A DNA stretch of 40,785 nucleotides, taken from a virus (Duplodnaviria > Caudoviricetes). The first letter of the stretch is position 1; each line of letters opens with the position of its first letter. Made by a program: the position numbers and the translations under genes. The DNA lies in IMG/VR virus record IMGVR_UViG_3300048854_000036, positions 1 to 40,785 of that record. One strand, given 5' to 3'. Below, one piece after another: positions 18,111-24,854 of this stretch. Below the pieces are notes generated by a model. The model made no database searches and was not told where the DNA came from. It worked only from the letters and a program-made list of their open reading frames with translations.

Positions 18111-18565
18111 GCGAGGCTCCGGAAGTAGACGCGGCTCGTTGGGCGATAGCCAGAGCGCGGCAGGATCGCATCGAGACGGCCATTAACCGGCGCGCTGAAG
18201 AGGATGCCGACGGCACCGCACTCGGTCGCAAGGCGCTCGACAGCGCTGCGCAGCGTGAGCCATGCGCCGCCGTTGCGCGCAGCACCGGCGATGAAGATCG
18301 ATTCGACCGAGGCCACGCGCTTCGAGAAGTGCGGCAGTTCCGACACGATCAGCGTGGCGAATCCGACCAGTTGGCCGTCCTGTTCCGCGAGCACTGCGCG
18401 CAGGATGCCGGCCGCTTCCATCGCTCGATACGTGTCGCAGTTCATCGTCGGCGCGCCCAGCTCGGTGATCGCGGATTCGCGCGCGTACTCCTCGCACAGG
18501 TCAAGGAAGTTCGGCGCAGACGCGATCTCGTCGAAGGTGCAGGCACGGACGGTGACGGCTTGCAT
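18107..18565 (-). CDS. GNAT-family acetyltransferase, 152 aa
   Basis: DGQLVGFA, ESIFIAGAARNGG, ..GY motifs. Confidence 0.75.
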   Translation of the reverse strand: MQAVTVRACTFDEIASAPNFLDLCEEYARESAITELGAPTMNCDTYRAMEAAGILRAVLAEQDGQLVGFATLIVSELPHFSKRVASVESIFIAGAARNGGAWLTLRSAVERLATECGAVGILFSAPVNGRLDAILPRSGYRPTSRVYFRSLA

Positions 18566-18570
18566 GTGCT

Positions 18571-19038
18571 TTAGCTCCGCGGCGGCATCATCGGCTTGGA
18601 CGGCACGAGCCAGCCTTGCGTGGTCTCGACCGGCGCCGTGATGGTGTCGACGTCCACCTCATGCGGCTGCGGCAGTTCGCCATAGCCACGACGCACAGGC
18701 CGCGTGCGCTCGACTTCCTGCGCGGCGGGCTTCACGCGCTGCTCGGCGGTCAGCGGCTGATTGCGCTTGACCTGCTCGGCGAGTTCGGTGATTTCGGAGA
18801 CCTGCTTCTGCACCAGCGCGTCGCGCTCTTCGGGTTCGAGATCGTTCCACGTGAGCAGATCGAGGCCGCTGGTTTCGAAGGCCGCCTGGACGATCTCGTT
18901 GAGCGGAAACGGCTTACCATCGATGTCGATGGTGCTTTCGTCGGCGCTCATGCCCGCGATCGAGACGGCGGATTCGTCGACGGTCGGACTGGCGCCCGGC
19001 GTTTGGATGTTGTGCGTGCGGGATTTCGGTGCGCCCAT
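18571..19038 (-). CDS. Hypothetical protein, first gene of the late operon, 155 aa
   Basis: GGAGG SD; C-terminal ELP....VD...I..PV.T.QGWLVP motif. Confidence 0.7.
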   Translation of the reverse strand: MGAPKSRTHNIQTPGASPTVDESAVSIAGMSADESTIDIDGKPFPLNEIVQAAFETSGLDLLTWNDLEPEERDALVQKQVSEITELAEQVKRNQPLTAEQRVKPAAQEVERTRPVRRGYGELPQPHEVDVDTITAPVETTQGWLVPSKPMMPPRS

Positions 19039-19063
19039 GCTGCCTCCGGTTGGAATGAAGGCG

Positions 19064-19096
19064 AGTATCGGCGGCGGCAGGTGTCGATATCCCGAC
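19064..19096 (-). promoter_or_regulatory. Putative activator-dependent late promoter: GTCGGGATATCGAC-N13-GATACT
   Basis: Exact 14-mer at 19083-19096; -10-like GATACT at 19069-19064; an A follows after a 7-nt spacer, then the SD. Confidence 0.75.
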
Positions 19097-19097
19097 T

Positions 19098-19352
19098 TTA
19101 CTGGCCGCGTCGGGAGTGCGCCGAGGGGTAGATCGGCGTGAGCGGAGGGGAATCGAGGCGCGTGGATTCGCGCCAGAACTTCATGAGGATCTCGCCGCGC
19201 CAGTACGGCGGCTCGGCACCCTGTCGATATTCGATGAGCGTGGTGCGCGGGATCTCGGTGAAGTACGAGACTTTTTCGAGGGAATAACCCTCCCGCGCCA
19301 GATCGGCCAACACACGGAACCAGTCGATGCGGACAGGGAGGGCTGCGTTCAT
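19098..19352 (-). CDS. Small HTH protein, candidate late-gene activator, 84 aa
   Basis: GYSLEKVSYFTEIPRTTLIEYRQGAEP helix-turn-helix pattern; last delayed-early gene, ending 1 nt before the late motif. Confidence 0.6.
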   Translation of the reverse strand: MNAALPVRIDWFRVLADLAREGYSLEKVSYFTEIPRTTLIEYRQGAEPPYWRGEILMKFWRESTRLDSPPLTPIYPSAHSRRGQ

Positions 19353-19358
19353 AGGCGA

Positions 19359-20486
19359 TTACAAGGCGTGTTCGATGTCGTGCAGCACGGCCAGCAACTC
19401 GGACATGATCAGCGCTTCGCCGGCCATGATCTTGAGCTTCAGACGGCGCGCTTGCGTCTTCACGGGGTGCTCGTCTTCATCGGAAGCGGACGTACTTCCA
19501 TCCAAATTCGCCGATGACGAGGACGTGATCGGGGACGAGATCGGGATAGGTGACGAAGAGCTTGCCGATGCTCCACTCACCCCTTGCGACTCCCCCACGG
19601 CACTCGCGGGTTGATCCGCCGCAACAGGGTCGCTTGACGCTGCGGCCGCTTGCGCGGTGTTCACGTCGGTCGTGGAGTCGGGAACGTTGCCACCGATGCC
19701 TGCGTTCTCGTTGGTGTTGGCGGCCGTCGTATCGGTCGCGGCGAGCGGGCTATCGTCGGTCGTGATGCCTGCGGTCGTGTTCGAGCCTGCGATGACTGCG
19801 CCCGTGCCTTCGGTCGAGTCAGCCACCGGCACGACCACGCCACCAGCGCCCAAAGGGAGCGCAGAGTCTGCCGAAGAAACCGAGCTTTCGTCGGACAGGC
19901 TCGTCGCTGCGCTTGAGGGACTCGATGAGTGCACGGAGGGCGATTGCGCGGAGTCGGTTGCGGTGCTCGCCGAGATCGGGGAAGTCGGCGTCGAATCGGC
20001 AGTCTGTGATGACGATCCTTCGTCCGTCGATTGGGTCGAATTTGATTGGCTCGCGCTGGAAATCGAGGAATCCGATTCCGTCGAGCCACTCACGTTTGGG
20101 ACGTCACCACCACCGACAGGAGCATCGCCAGCCTGTTGGGCGCCATCGGTTGCAGCGCCCGCAGCGTTTCCCGCGTCAGCGGTTTGGCTCTGCGACGAGT
20201 TGGAACCATCGGCGTCCGTGCTCGTCGGGTTCTCCGAGCCGGTCGATGCGGAGTCGTTCGTCGTCAGCGAGGTATCCGAGGCAGAGCCGACGGTCGCCGT
20301 CTCGGAGAATGCGTTTCCCTGCTCACCTGCATCGCCAGCCGTGGCAGCGGGCGCAGAGGCGTTGTCCTGCGATTGCTCGTCCGACGAGGCACCACCAGCA
20401 GCGTTTCCCGTTTGCTCCTCCGGGTGCGCATCGAGCGCGGCTTGGTCGATCTCGTCGGGCTTCTTCGTTTCGTCAGTCATGGTCAT
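19359..20486 (-). CDS. Acidic low-complexity protein (375 aa, zero frame) carrying six in-phase -1 slippery sites and five overlapping -1-frame modules
   Basis: AAGGAG SD before ATG at 20486; heptamers at 20409, 20319, 20172 (GGGAAAC), 20100 (CCCAAAC), 19857 (CCCTTTG), 19596 (GGGGGAG). Confidence 0.8.
   Translation of the reverse strand: MTMTDETKKPDEIDQAALDAHPEEQTGNAAGGASSDEQSQDNASAPAATAGDAGEQGNAFSETATVGSASDTSLTTNDSASTGSENPTSTDADGSNSSQSQTADAGNAAGAATDGAQQAGDAPVGGGDVPNVSGSTESDSSISSASQSNSTQSTDEGSSSQTADSTPTSPISASTATDSAQSPSVHSSSPSSAATSLSDESSVSSADSALPLGAGGVVVPVADSTEGTGAVIAGSNTTAGITTDDSPLAATDTTAANTNENAGIGGNVPDSTTDVNTAQAAAASSDPVAADQPASAVGESQGVSGASASSSSPIPISSPITSSSSANLDGSTSASDEDEHPVKTQARRLKLKIMAGEALIMSELLAVLHDIEHAL
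19477..19596 (-). other. -1-frame module 5: GGVARGEWSIGKLFVTYPDLVPDHVLVIGEFGWKYVRFR*
   Basis: Hand translation from G_GGG_GAG; hydrophobic beta-like pattern while the zero frame reads Ser/Pro-rich. Confidence 0.65.
19819..20100 (-). other. -1-frame module 4 (93 aa): PKREWLDGIGFLDFQREPIKFDPIDGRRIVITDCRFDADFPDLGEHRNRLRAIALRALIESLKRSDEPVRRKLGFFGRLCAPFGRWWRGRAGG*
   Basis: Hand translation from C_CCA_AAC; no ATG of its own; normal codon style in the -1 frame. Confidence 0.75.
20104..20172 (-). other. -1-frame module 3: GKRCGRCNRWRPTGWRCSCRWW*
   Basis: Hand translation from the third G_GGA_AAC; CxxC-x9-CxC. Confidence 0.65.
20176..20319 (-). other. -1-frame module 2: GKRILRDGDRRLCLGYLADDERLRIDRLGEPDEHGRRWFQLVAEPNR*
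   Basis: Hand translation from the second G_GGA_AAC; globular-protein composition. Confidence 0.7.
20323..20409 (-). other. -1-frame module 1: GKRCWWCLVGRAIAGQRLCARCHGWRCR*
   Basis: Hand translation from G_GGA_AAC; CxxC-x11-CxxC. Confidence 0.7.
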
Positions 20487-20514
20487 GCTCCTTTGGGTTG
20501 GTGCTACCGGGGGA

Positions 20515-20757
20515 TTAAGCGTGTTCAAGTTGCCGCTCGCGCCACGCGACAAACGGCTTGCGAATGAAGTTGTGAAACCGCTCAGCGGCCTCTTTGCTGG
20601 TCGCCAACTCGCGGCGGCTCTCGACCTTGCAGACCATGCGGATGAACTGCGCGGCCTCGTCTGCGCTCACCGCGCGCGGCGGCACAGTCCACTGGCCGAC
20701 CCATTCGATGAACTGCGGGTCGCGCGCGAGCATGCCGGAGAGTTGGACGAGGTTCAT
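20515..20757 (-). CDS. Hypothetical protein, 80 aa
   Basis: Coupled to the resolvase gene; AAQFIRMVCKVESRREL motif seen in phage small proteins. Confidence 0.7.
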   Translation of the reverse strand: MNLVQLSGMLARDPQFIEWVGQWTVPPRAVSADEAAQFIRMVCKVESRRELATSKEAAERFHNFIRKPFVAWRERQLEHA

Positions 20758-21263
20758 GCGAACGTCCTTTGCCCGTAGCGAGCGATCAGAAGCGCATCAG
20801 CGCGCCCGTCATCTTTCGCACGCGACAGCCATTCCATGCCGTAGAGCTGGCGCGCAATGCGCAGCGATTGCGCCTTGGTGTCCTCGCGCTCGGTGCGCTT
20901 GATGCCGTAGAGCGCCTGCCATTCGCGCGGCGTGACGAACATCACGTCGAGGTCGTTCAGTTCGCAGATCGCGACGATGACGGCCTTGGTAGCAGCGAGC
21001 GATGCCTGAGACGCCATCGAGCCCACGCGAACGCCTGCGCCCATGAACGCGTGCATCTGCTCCATCACCACCAGCGCAGTCACGTCGACCGGCACAAGCT
21101 CGCGCAGCACGCGCTGCAGCCCTTTCGGGTCGATCTCGTTGCGCACCTTGCCCGTGTCCTTCTTCGCCCTGGTGGGCATGTCGTGCACGCGCGGCAGGCC
21201 GTTGTGATCGATGACGGCAATCGCGCCTTTGATGCCCGGATCGATACCGATGGTCAGCATCAC
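20754..21263 (-). CDS. RuvC-like Holliday junction resolvase, 169 aa
   Basis: IGIDPGIKGAIA, VVMEQ, VTPREWQ, DDGRADALLIA catalytic motifs. Confidence 0.85.
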   Translation of the reverse strand: MMLTIGIDPGIKGAIAVIDHNGLPRVHDMPTRAKKDTGKVRNEIDPKGLQRVLRELVPVDVTALVVMEQMHAFMGAGVRVGSMASQASLAATKAVIVAICELNDLDVMFVTPREWQALYGIKRTEREDTKAQSLRIARQLYGMEWLSRAKDDGRADALLIARYGQRTFA

Positions 21264-21397
21264 AGCCCCCCCAAATGCGCGCGCGAGGCCATGCGTGCGT
21301 CGGCCCGCTCACAAGCCCGGACATAGACGTGAATCGCGATGGCGCAGAGGACGGGCCACACGAGGACAAACACGATTTCTTGGGCTTCGGTGGTCAT
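21260..21397 (-). CDS. Small single-TM protein, 45 aa
   Basis: Start and stop overlap neighbouring genes at both ends; hydrophobic IVFVLVWPVLCAIAIHVYV. Confidence 0.55.
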   Translation of the reverse strand: MTTEAQEIVFVLVWPVLCAIAIHVYVRACERADARMASRAHLGGL

Positions 21398-21486
21398 TGC
21401 GGTGCCTTTTGCGGTTGCGGGTTCCAGTTGCGGCGGCGGATGCCGGTGACGGCGTAAAACCAATCGAAGTCGGCGGGGAGGCTCAT
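21394..21486 (-). CDS. 30-aa peptide MSLPADFDWFYAVTGIRRRNWNPQPQKAPQ
   Basis: Exactly bridges two genes by ATGA overlaps at both ends. Confidence 0.5.
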   Translation of the reverse strand: MSLPADFDWFYAVTGIRRRNWNPQPQKAPQ

Positions 21487-21980
21487 CGTCCAAGCTCCGG
21501 AAGGAATTGCGCGGCGTGCGTCGGGCCGATGAGCTTGGCCGTGGGCGGCACGTTCGGCAGCAGAGGTTGACGACCGTGACCGATCGCGTTCGCCATCGTT
21601 TCGAGTTCGAGTTCAAGGCGCGCGAGCCACATCTTCACGACGGGCGGCATTTCGCGACCAACGATGGAGATAGGCGGTGTGTCCTTGCCGTCGGCGTTGA
21701 AAAGCAGGTCCGGCCGCTCAGCCGCGACGAGCATTTTCTGGATGTGCCGGTAGGTGTGCGCCCATGCGTCCGTGCCGTAGTGCATGCGGATGAGCACCGC
21801 CGATTCACCGATGTGGCGCTCGCGCCATACCATCGCCGTGATCTCGTTGAAGTCGCGCGACTCGGCGCGATAGTGGCAATAGCAGGCCCATTCGCTGCCA
21901 CGGCCAAGGGAGCCGAAGAGCGGGCAATGCTCAACGAAGCACTTGCCCCACTGCTCACCCGGATTCATGTCGACGCTCAT
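21483..21980 (-). CDS. Hypothetical protein with Cys/His-rich N-terminus, 165 aa
   Basis: C....CP..G.......W.C.CH; coupled to the replication gene. Confidence 0.65.
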   Translation of the reverse strand: MSVDMNPGEQWGKCFVEHCPLFGSLGRGSEWACYCHYRAESRDFNEITAMVWRERHIGESAVLIRMHYGTDAWAHTYRHIQKMLVAAERPDLLFNADGKDTPPISIVGREMPPVVKMWLARLELELETMANAIGHGRQPLLPNVPPTAKLIGPTHAAQFLPELGR

Positions 21981-22867
21981 GCTGCGACTCCTTGCCGCTC
22001 AAGGCGGCGAATCTCTTCGAAAACTGCGTCCTTGAGCTGGGCATAGCTCCAGCCTGAGCGGATCGTCACGCCCAATTCCTTGGCCTTGCGCTTGATGCCC
22101 TCGTCCGATCGATGCCAGTCGTCGCGCTGCGTTTGCGGCTTTGCCGGCGCGGGGTTGAGCAAGTCGAGGATGACCGGCGCGAGGTAGTTCACGCCTGCCG
22201 GTTTGCTGCCGAGGCTGGTGCGCGCCTTCGACAACGCCGCATCGAGGATCTCGTTCGTCACGCGGACGTCGTCAGCCCATGCAGCGACGTTCGGGTTGAA
22301 GCTGTTCGCACCAGCAACGCCGCGTTGGCGAAGGTAGGTTGCGATTTCGACTGCTCTCGAAACCGGAGAAGATCCGTCGGGCATTTCTTCGCGCGCAGGT
22401 GCGAGAGCTACCACTTCCCTCTGCTCTTCTATCTGGTTATTGGTTACTGGCTTCTGGTTACTGGCTAGGGTTTTTTCAGAAACCGTGATGGTTTCCGTTT
22501 CAAAACCGTTTGGGTTATTCGTGGGTTCCGTCTGGGTTTCTGTTTTCTTCGGTCGTCCGCCGAGTTTCCCGACTTGCCGATTCACCTCAGCCTTAGCCTG
22601 CTTGGCTTCTAGCTCACGATCGCAGCGAGAGTTGTGATAGCCGTCCTCTTCCAATTCGAAGAATTCTTCCAGCACCACCTCAACGGCCGCTTTCTCTTCT
22701 TTTGTGCGTGCTCCGATCAGCCGCAGGATTTTTTTCAAATCTTTTGGCAGCGGAGCCTCTTCCGCGTAGTACTTCCTGATGAGCCGCGAGTAAGCAGCAT
22801 CCTCGACAAACGACAGATGACGCGTCGCTTGGTCGTAGTCGCCGATGTGGTGTCTGTAGAAATTCAT
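21977..22867 (-). CDS. DUF1376/YdaU-family replication initiator-like protein, 296 aa
   Basis: MNFYRHHIGDY...T.HLS..E..AY.RL...YY N-terminus, N...GK.GGRPKK; lambda O position. Confidence 0.85.
   Translation of the reverse strand: MNFYRHHIGDYDQATRHLSFVEDAAYSRLIRKYYAEEAPLPKDLKKILRLIGARTKEEKAAVEVVLEEFFELEEDGYHNSRCDRELEAKQAKAEVNRQVGKLGGRPKKTETQTEPTNNPNGFETETITVSEKTLASNQKPVTNNQIEEQREVVALAPAREEMPDGSSPVSRAVEIATYLRQRGVAGANSFNPNVAAWADDVRVTNEILDAALSKARTSLGSKPAGVNYLAPVILDLLNPAPAKPQTQRDDWHRSDEGIKRKAKELGVTIRSGWSYAQLKDAVFEEIRRLERQGVAA
22430..22550. other. Possible replication origin (iteron-like repeats in the initiator gene)
   Basis: Minus strand: GCCAGTAACCA x2, AC(A/G)GAA(A/C)CC x3, ACGGTTT x2, in an A-rich stretch. 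Confidence 0.4.
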
Positions 22868-22880
22868 GGCGTGCCCCGGT

Positions 22881-23336
22881 TCACTTCTCCGCCATGCCTT
22901 CGATGCGTGTGACCATCGAAAGCAGCGTGACCATGTGATTCCAGGCGCGGTCTTTCACGCGCTTGACCTCGTGAGCCTCGACGACGCCATCGGCGAAGGT
23001 GCGATTCACCTCGCGGCCGATCTCGCCATTCGTCTCCCACGTCTTGGCCATCAGCTCGATGACGTCGGCGTCGGCACAGTTTTCGGCTTGGGGAAGTTCG
23101 ATCAATGCGAAACCCAGTTCGCGCGCCCATGCCTGGACGATGCGCGTGTCGCCGGTGATCTCCGTCATGCGGACCGCTTCGGCAAGGGTCAGGTGATTGC
23201 GGTTCTCAGGCGTGCGGTTGAGCACCACCTTGTTGCGCAGAATCGCGCCTGAGGACAGGCCCATCAGCGTGGCGAGCGTGTCCGTGTTATGCGCGAAGTC
23301 ATGGGCGACAGCGTGTGAGGCTTGCTGTGTGTTCAC
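22881..23336 (-). CDS. CII-like phage regulatory protein, 151 aa
   Basis: LA..MG.S....L.NK....N.LTL.EA....E.TGD pattern; follows cro. Confidence 0.7.
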   Translation of the reverse strand: MNTQQASHAVAHDFAHNTDTLATLMGLSSGAILRNKVVLNRTPENRNHLTLAEAVRMTEITGDTRIVQAWARELGFALIELPQAENCADADVIELMAKTWETNGEIGREVNRTFADGVVEAHEVKRVKDRAWNHMVTLLSMVTRIEGMAEK

Positions 23337-23409
23337 GATTTTTAGGTCCGTATGTGTGCACTGCAGCGAACGAATGGTCTAATTCGCTTCATCGCTGCTT
23401 GCGGGGAAA

Positions 23410-23661
23410 TCAGGCAGCGAGAGCCGCTTCACGTGCATGGTCGGACACACGGCCAGCTGCTTCGAAAGCGTCGAGACGCTCGAAGTAATCGGCGAGTTTT
23501 TGGACCGTGCTCACAGACGGATCTTTCGTGCGCCCTTGTGCGATCTTCTTCACCGTGTCGTAGGGAACGCCCGAGTACTTCGCCGCATCAGTCCAGCGGC
23601 CTCGGGTTTCGCCCAGTCGACGGAGAACGAACGCGAAGAGCTTCTCTTGCTCTTGGTGCAT
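23410..23661 (-). CDS. cro: Cro-like HTH repressor, 83 aa
   Basis: AAKYSGVPYDTVKKIAQGRTKDPSVSTVQKLADYF; divergent from cI; GGGAG SD. Confidence 0.8.
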   Translation of the reverse strand: MHQEQEKLFAFVLRRLGETRGRWTDAAKYSGVPYDTVKKIAQGRTKDPSVSTVQKLADYFERLDAFEAAGRVSDHAREAALAA

Positions 23662-23688
23662 ATTCGGCTCCCAGTTGAGTTCCGTTGC

Positions 23689-23757
23689 AGTATGGGCCTT
23701 TTGTGGCCCAATTGCAAGGGCCGCAAAAGAGTTGGAACAAAACCCATAATTGGCCCT
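23689..23757. promoter_or_regulatory. OR-type switch: PR (minus strand TTGCAA-17-CATACT), PRM-like -10 CATAAT at 23745-23750, operators
   Basis: Palindrome TGGGCC-N6-GGCCCA at 23693-23710; degenerate copies at 23717-23734 and 23740-23757. Confidence 0.7.
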
Positions 23758-24486
23758 ATGAAAGAGAACTCGAAAACTGTGGTAGGCCGGAAGCTCACGG
23801 AGCTGATGGAGGCGTTCCCTCTTTTGGGGACACAAAGAGCTGTTGCGGCGAAAACGGGGATTGCTTCATCTACAATCGGACGAATCCGTCGAGGAGATGT
23901 CAATGCCACGGCGGAGAACATGCGTGCCATCGCGGCCGCGTTCGGCGTTCCGGTAAGTTTTCTCTACGACGAAACCGACGTTCATGGCTTGACGAAGGAA
24001 GAACGCGCCCGGTGGTATCAGAAGCTAACCGAGGCCTCAGTCACGGAAATCAACGTGGAACCGGGGCCCGAAATCCGAGGCCAGCTGCCCCTGATCTCAT
24101 GGGTGCAGGCCGGAAACTGGGCTGAAGTCGTGGACAATTTTCAAGTAGGAGACGCGGAAGAATGGATTCCGTGTCCATTTCCCCATGGGCCAAATTCATT
24201 CGTGCTGCGCGTTGTCGGCGAAAGCATGTTCGATCCGAACGGCTCTAGATCCTTCTCGGACGGCGATTTCATCGCTGTCGACCCATCGAAAGAAGCAACG
24301 AACAGAAGCCTCGTTGTGGTCCGCGTCGACCATGAAGAGCGCGCGACGTTCAAGCAAATATTGATGGACGGCGAAGGAACAGTCATGCTTCGCGCCCTGA
24401 ATCCGAACTGGCCGAACAAACTGATGGAGATGCCACCCGGCTCGAAAGTCGTGGGCGTCGTCATCGGTAAATGGACGCCGATGTAA
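23758..24486 (+). CDS. cI: CI-like repressor, HTH + S24 autopeptidase, 242 aa
   Basis: TQRAVAAKTGIASSTIGRI HTH; VQAG cleavage site; VVGESM serine and TFKQ lysine. Confidence 0.9.
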   Translation: MKENSKTVVGRKLTELMEAFPLLGTQRAVAAKTGIASSTIGRIRRGDVNATAENMRAIAAAFGVPVSFLYDETDVHGLTKEERARWYQKLTEASVTEINVEPGPEIRGQLPLISWVQAGNWAEVVDNFQVGDAEEWIPCPFPHGPNSFVLRVVGESMFDPNGSRSFSDGDFIAVDPSKEATNRSLVVVRVDHEERATFKQILMDGEGTVMLRALNPNWPNKLMEMPPGSKVVGVVIGKWTPM

Positions 24487-24488
24487 CC

Positions 24489-24791
24489 ATGGATGAGATT
24501 GACGGCCTCGCTTCGAACATCGGGTACGCCGTCATCACGGCGATTATCAGCACGCTCGTCCTGATCGCTGTTGTCCGCTACAAAGCGGCATGGTGGGCCG
24601 CCAAGGTTCTCTTCCTGTGCGCCTGGGGCACGATTGGCATCGTCGCCCCGGTCTATTCCTTCCTCGGGATCTCTCTTCCCCAAGGGCGCCCGATCAGCGG
24701 CGCCATCGCCTCTCTGATGTGTCTCGCCGTCATTGGCGGACCTTTCATCTACTTCGGGCTTCCGAAGCTGAGGCAAGCCATTCGTATGTAG
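24489..24791 (+). CDS. Three-TM membrane protein co-transcribed with cI, 100 aa
   Basis: Starts 2 nt after the cI stop; three hydrophobic segments; followed by a terminator. Confidence 0.7.
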   Translation: MDEIDGLASNIGYAVITAIISTLVLIAVVRYKAAWWAAKVLFLCAWGTIGIVAPVYSFLGISLPQGRPISGAIASLMCLAVIGGPFIYFGLPKLRQAIRM

Positions 24792-24812
24792 TAATCACGC
24801 AACACCCGACAC

Positions 24813-24838
24813 GAACCGCCGCACAGGCGGTTTTTTTT
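24813..24838 (+). terminator. Intrinsic terminator of the cI operon
   Basis: AACCGCC-GCACA-GGCGGTT with T8. Confidence 0.85.
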
Positions 24839-24854
24839 CGTCCATACGTCAGCA

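Noticed and set aside
19223-19235. Fourth copy of the late motif (GTCGATATTCGAT)
   Set aside because: Partial match with altered spacing inside coding sequence
19661-20089. 142-aa minus-strand ORF in the third frame of the acidic gene
   Set aside because: Arg/Pro-rich off-frame composition; it is the +1 frame, not the frame entered by the slippery sites
19657-20778. 373-aa plus-strand ORF opposite the frameshift gene
   Set aside because: Antisense shadow of an open high-GC frame; no SD, against the operon direction
23437-23757. N-terminal extensions of cI (349 aa) and cro (141 aa) in the ORF track
   Set aside because: They overlap each other and the promoter/operator region; the HTH domains begin at 23758 and 23661
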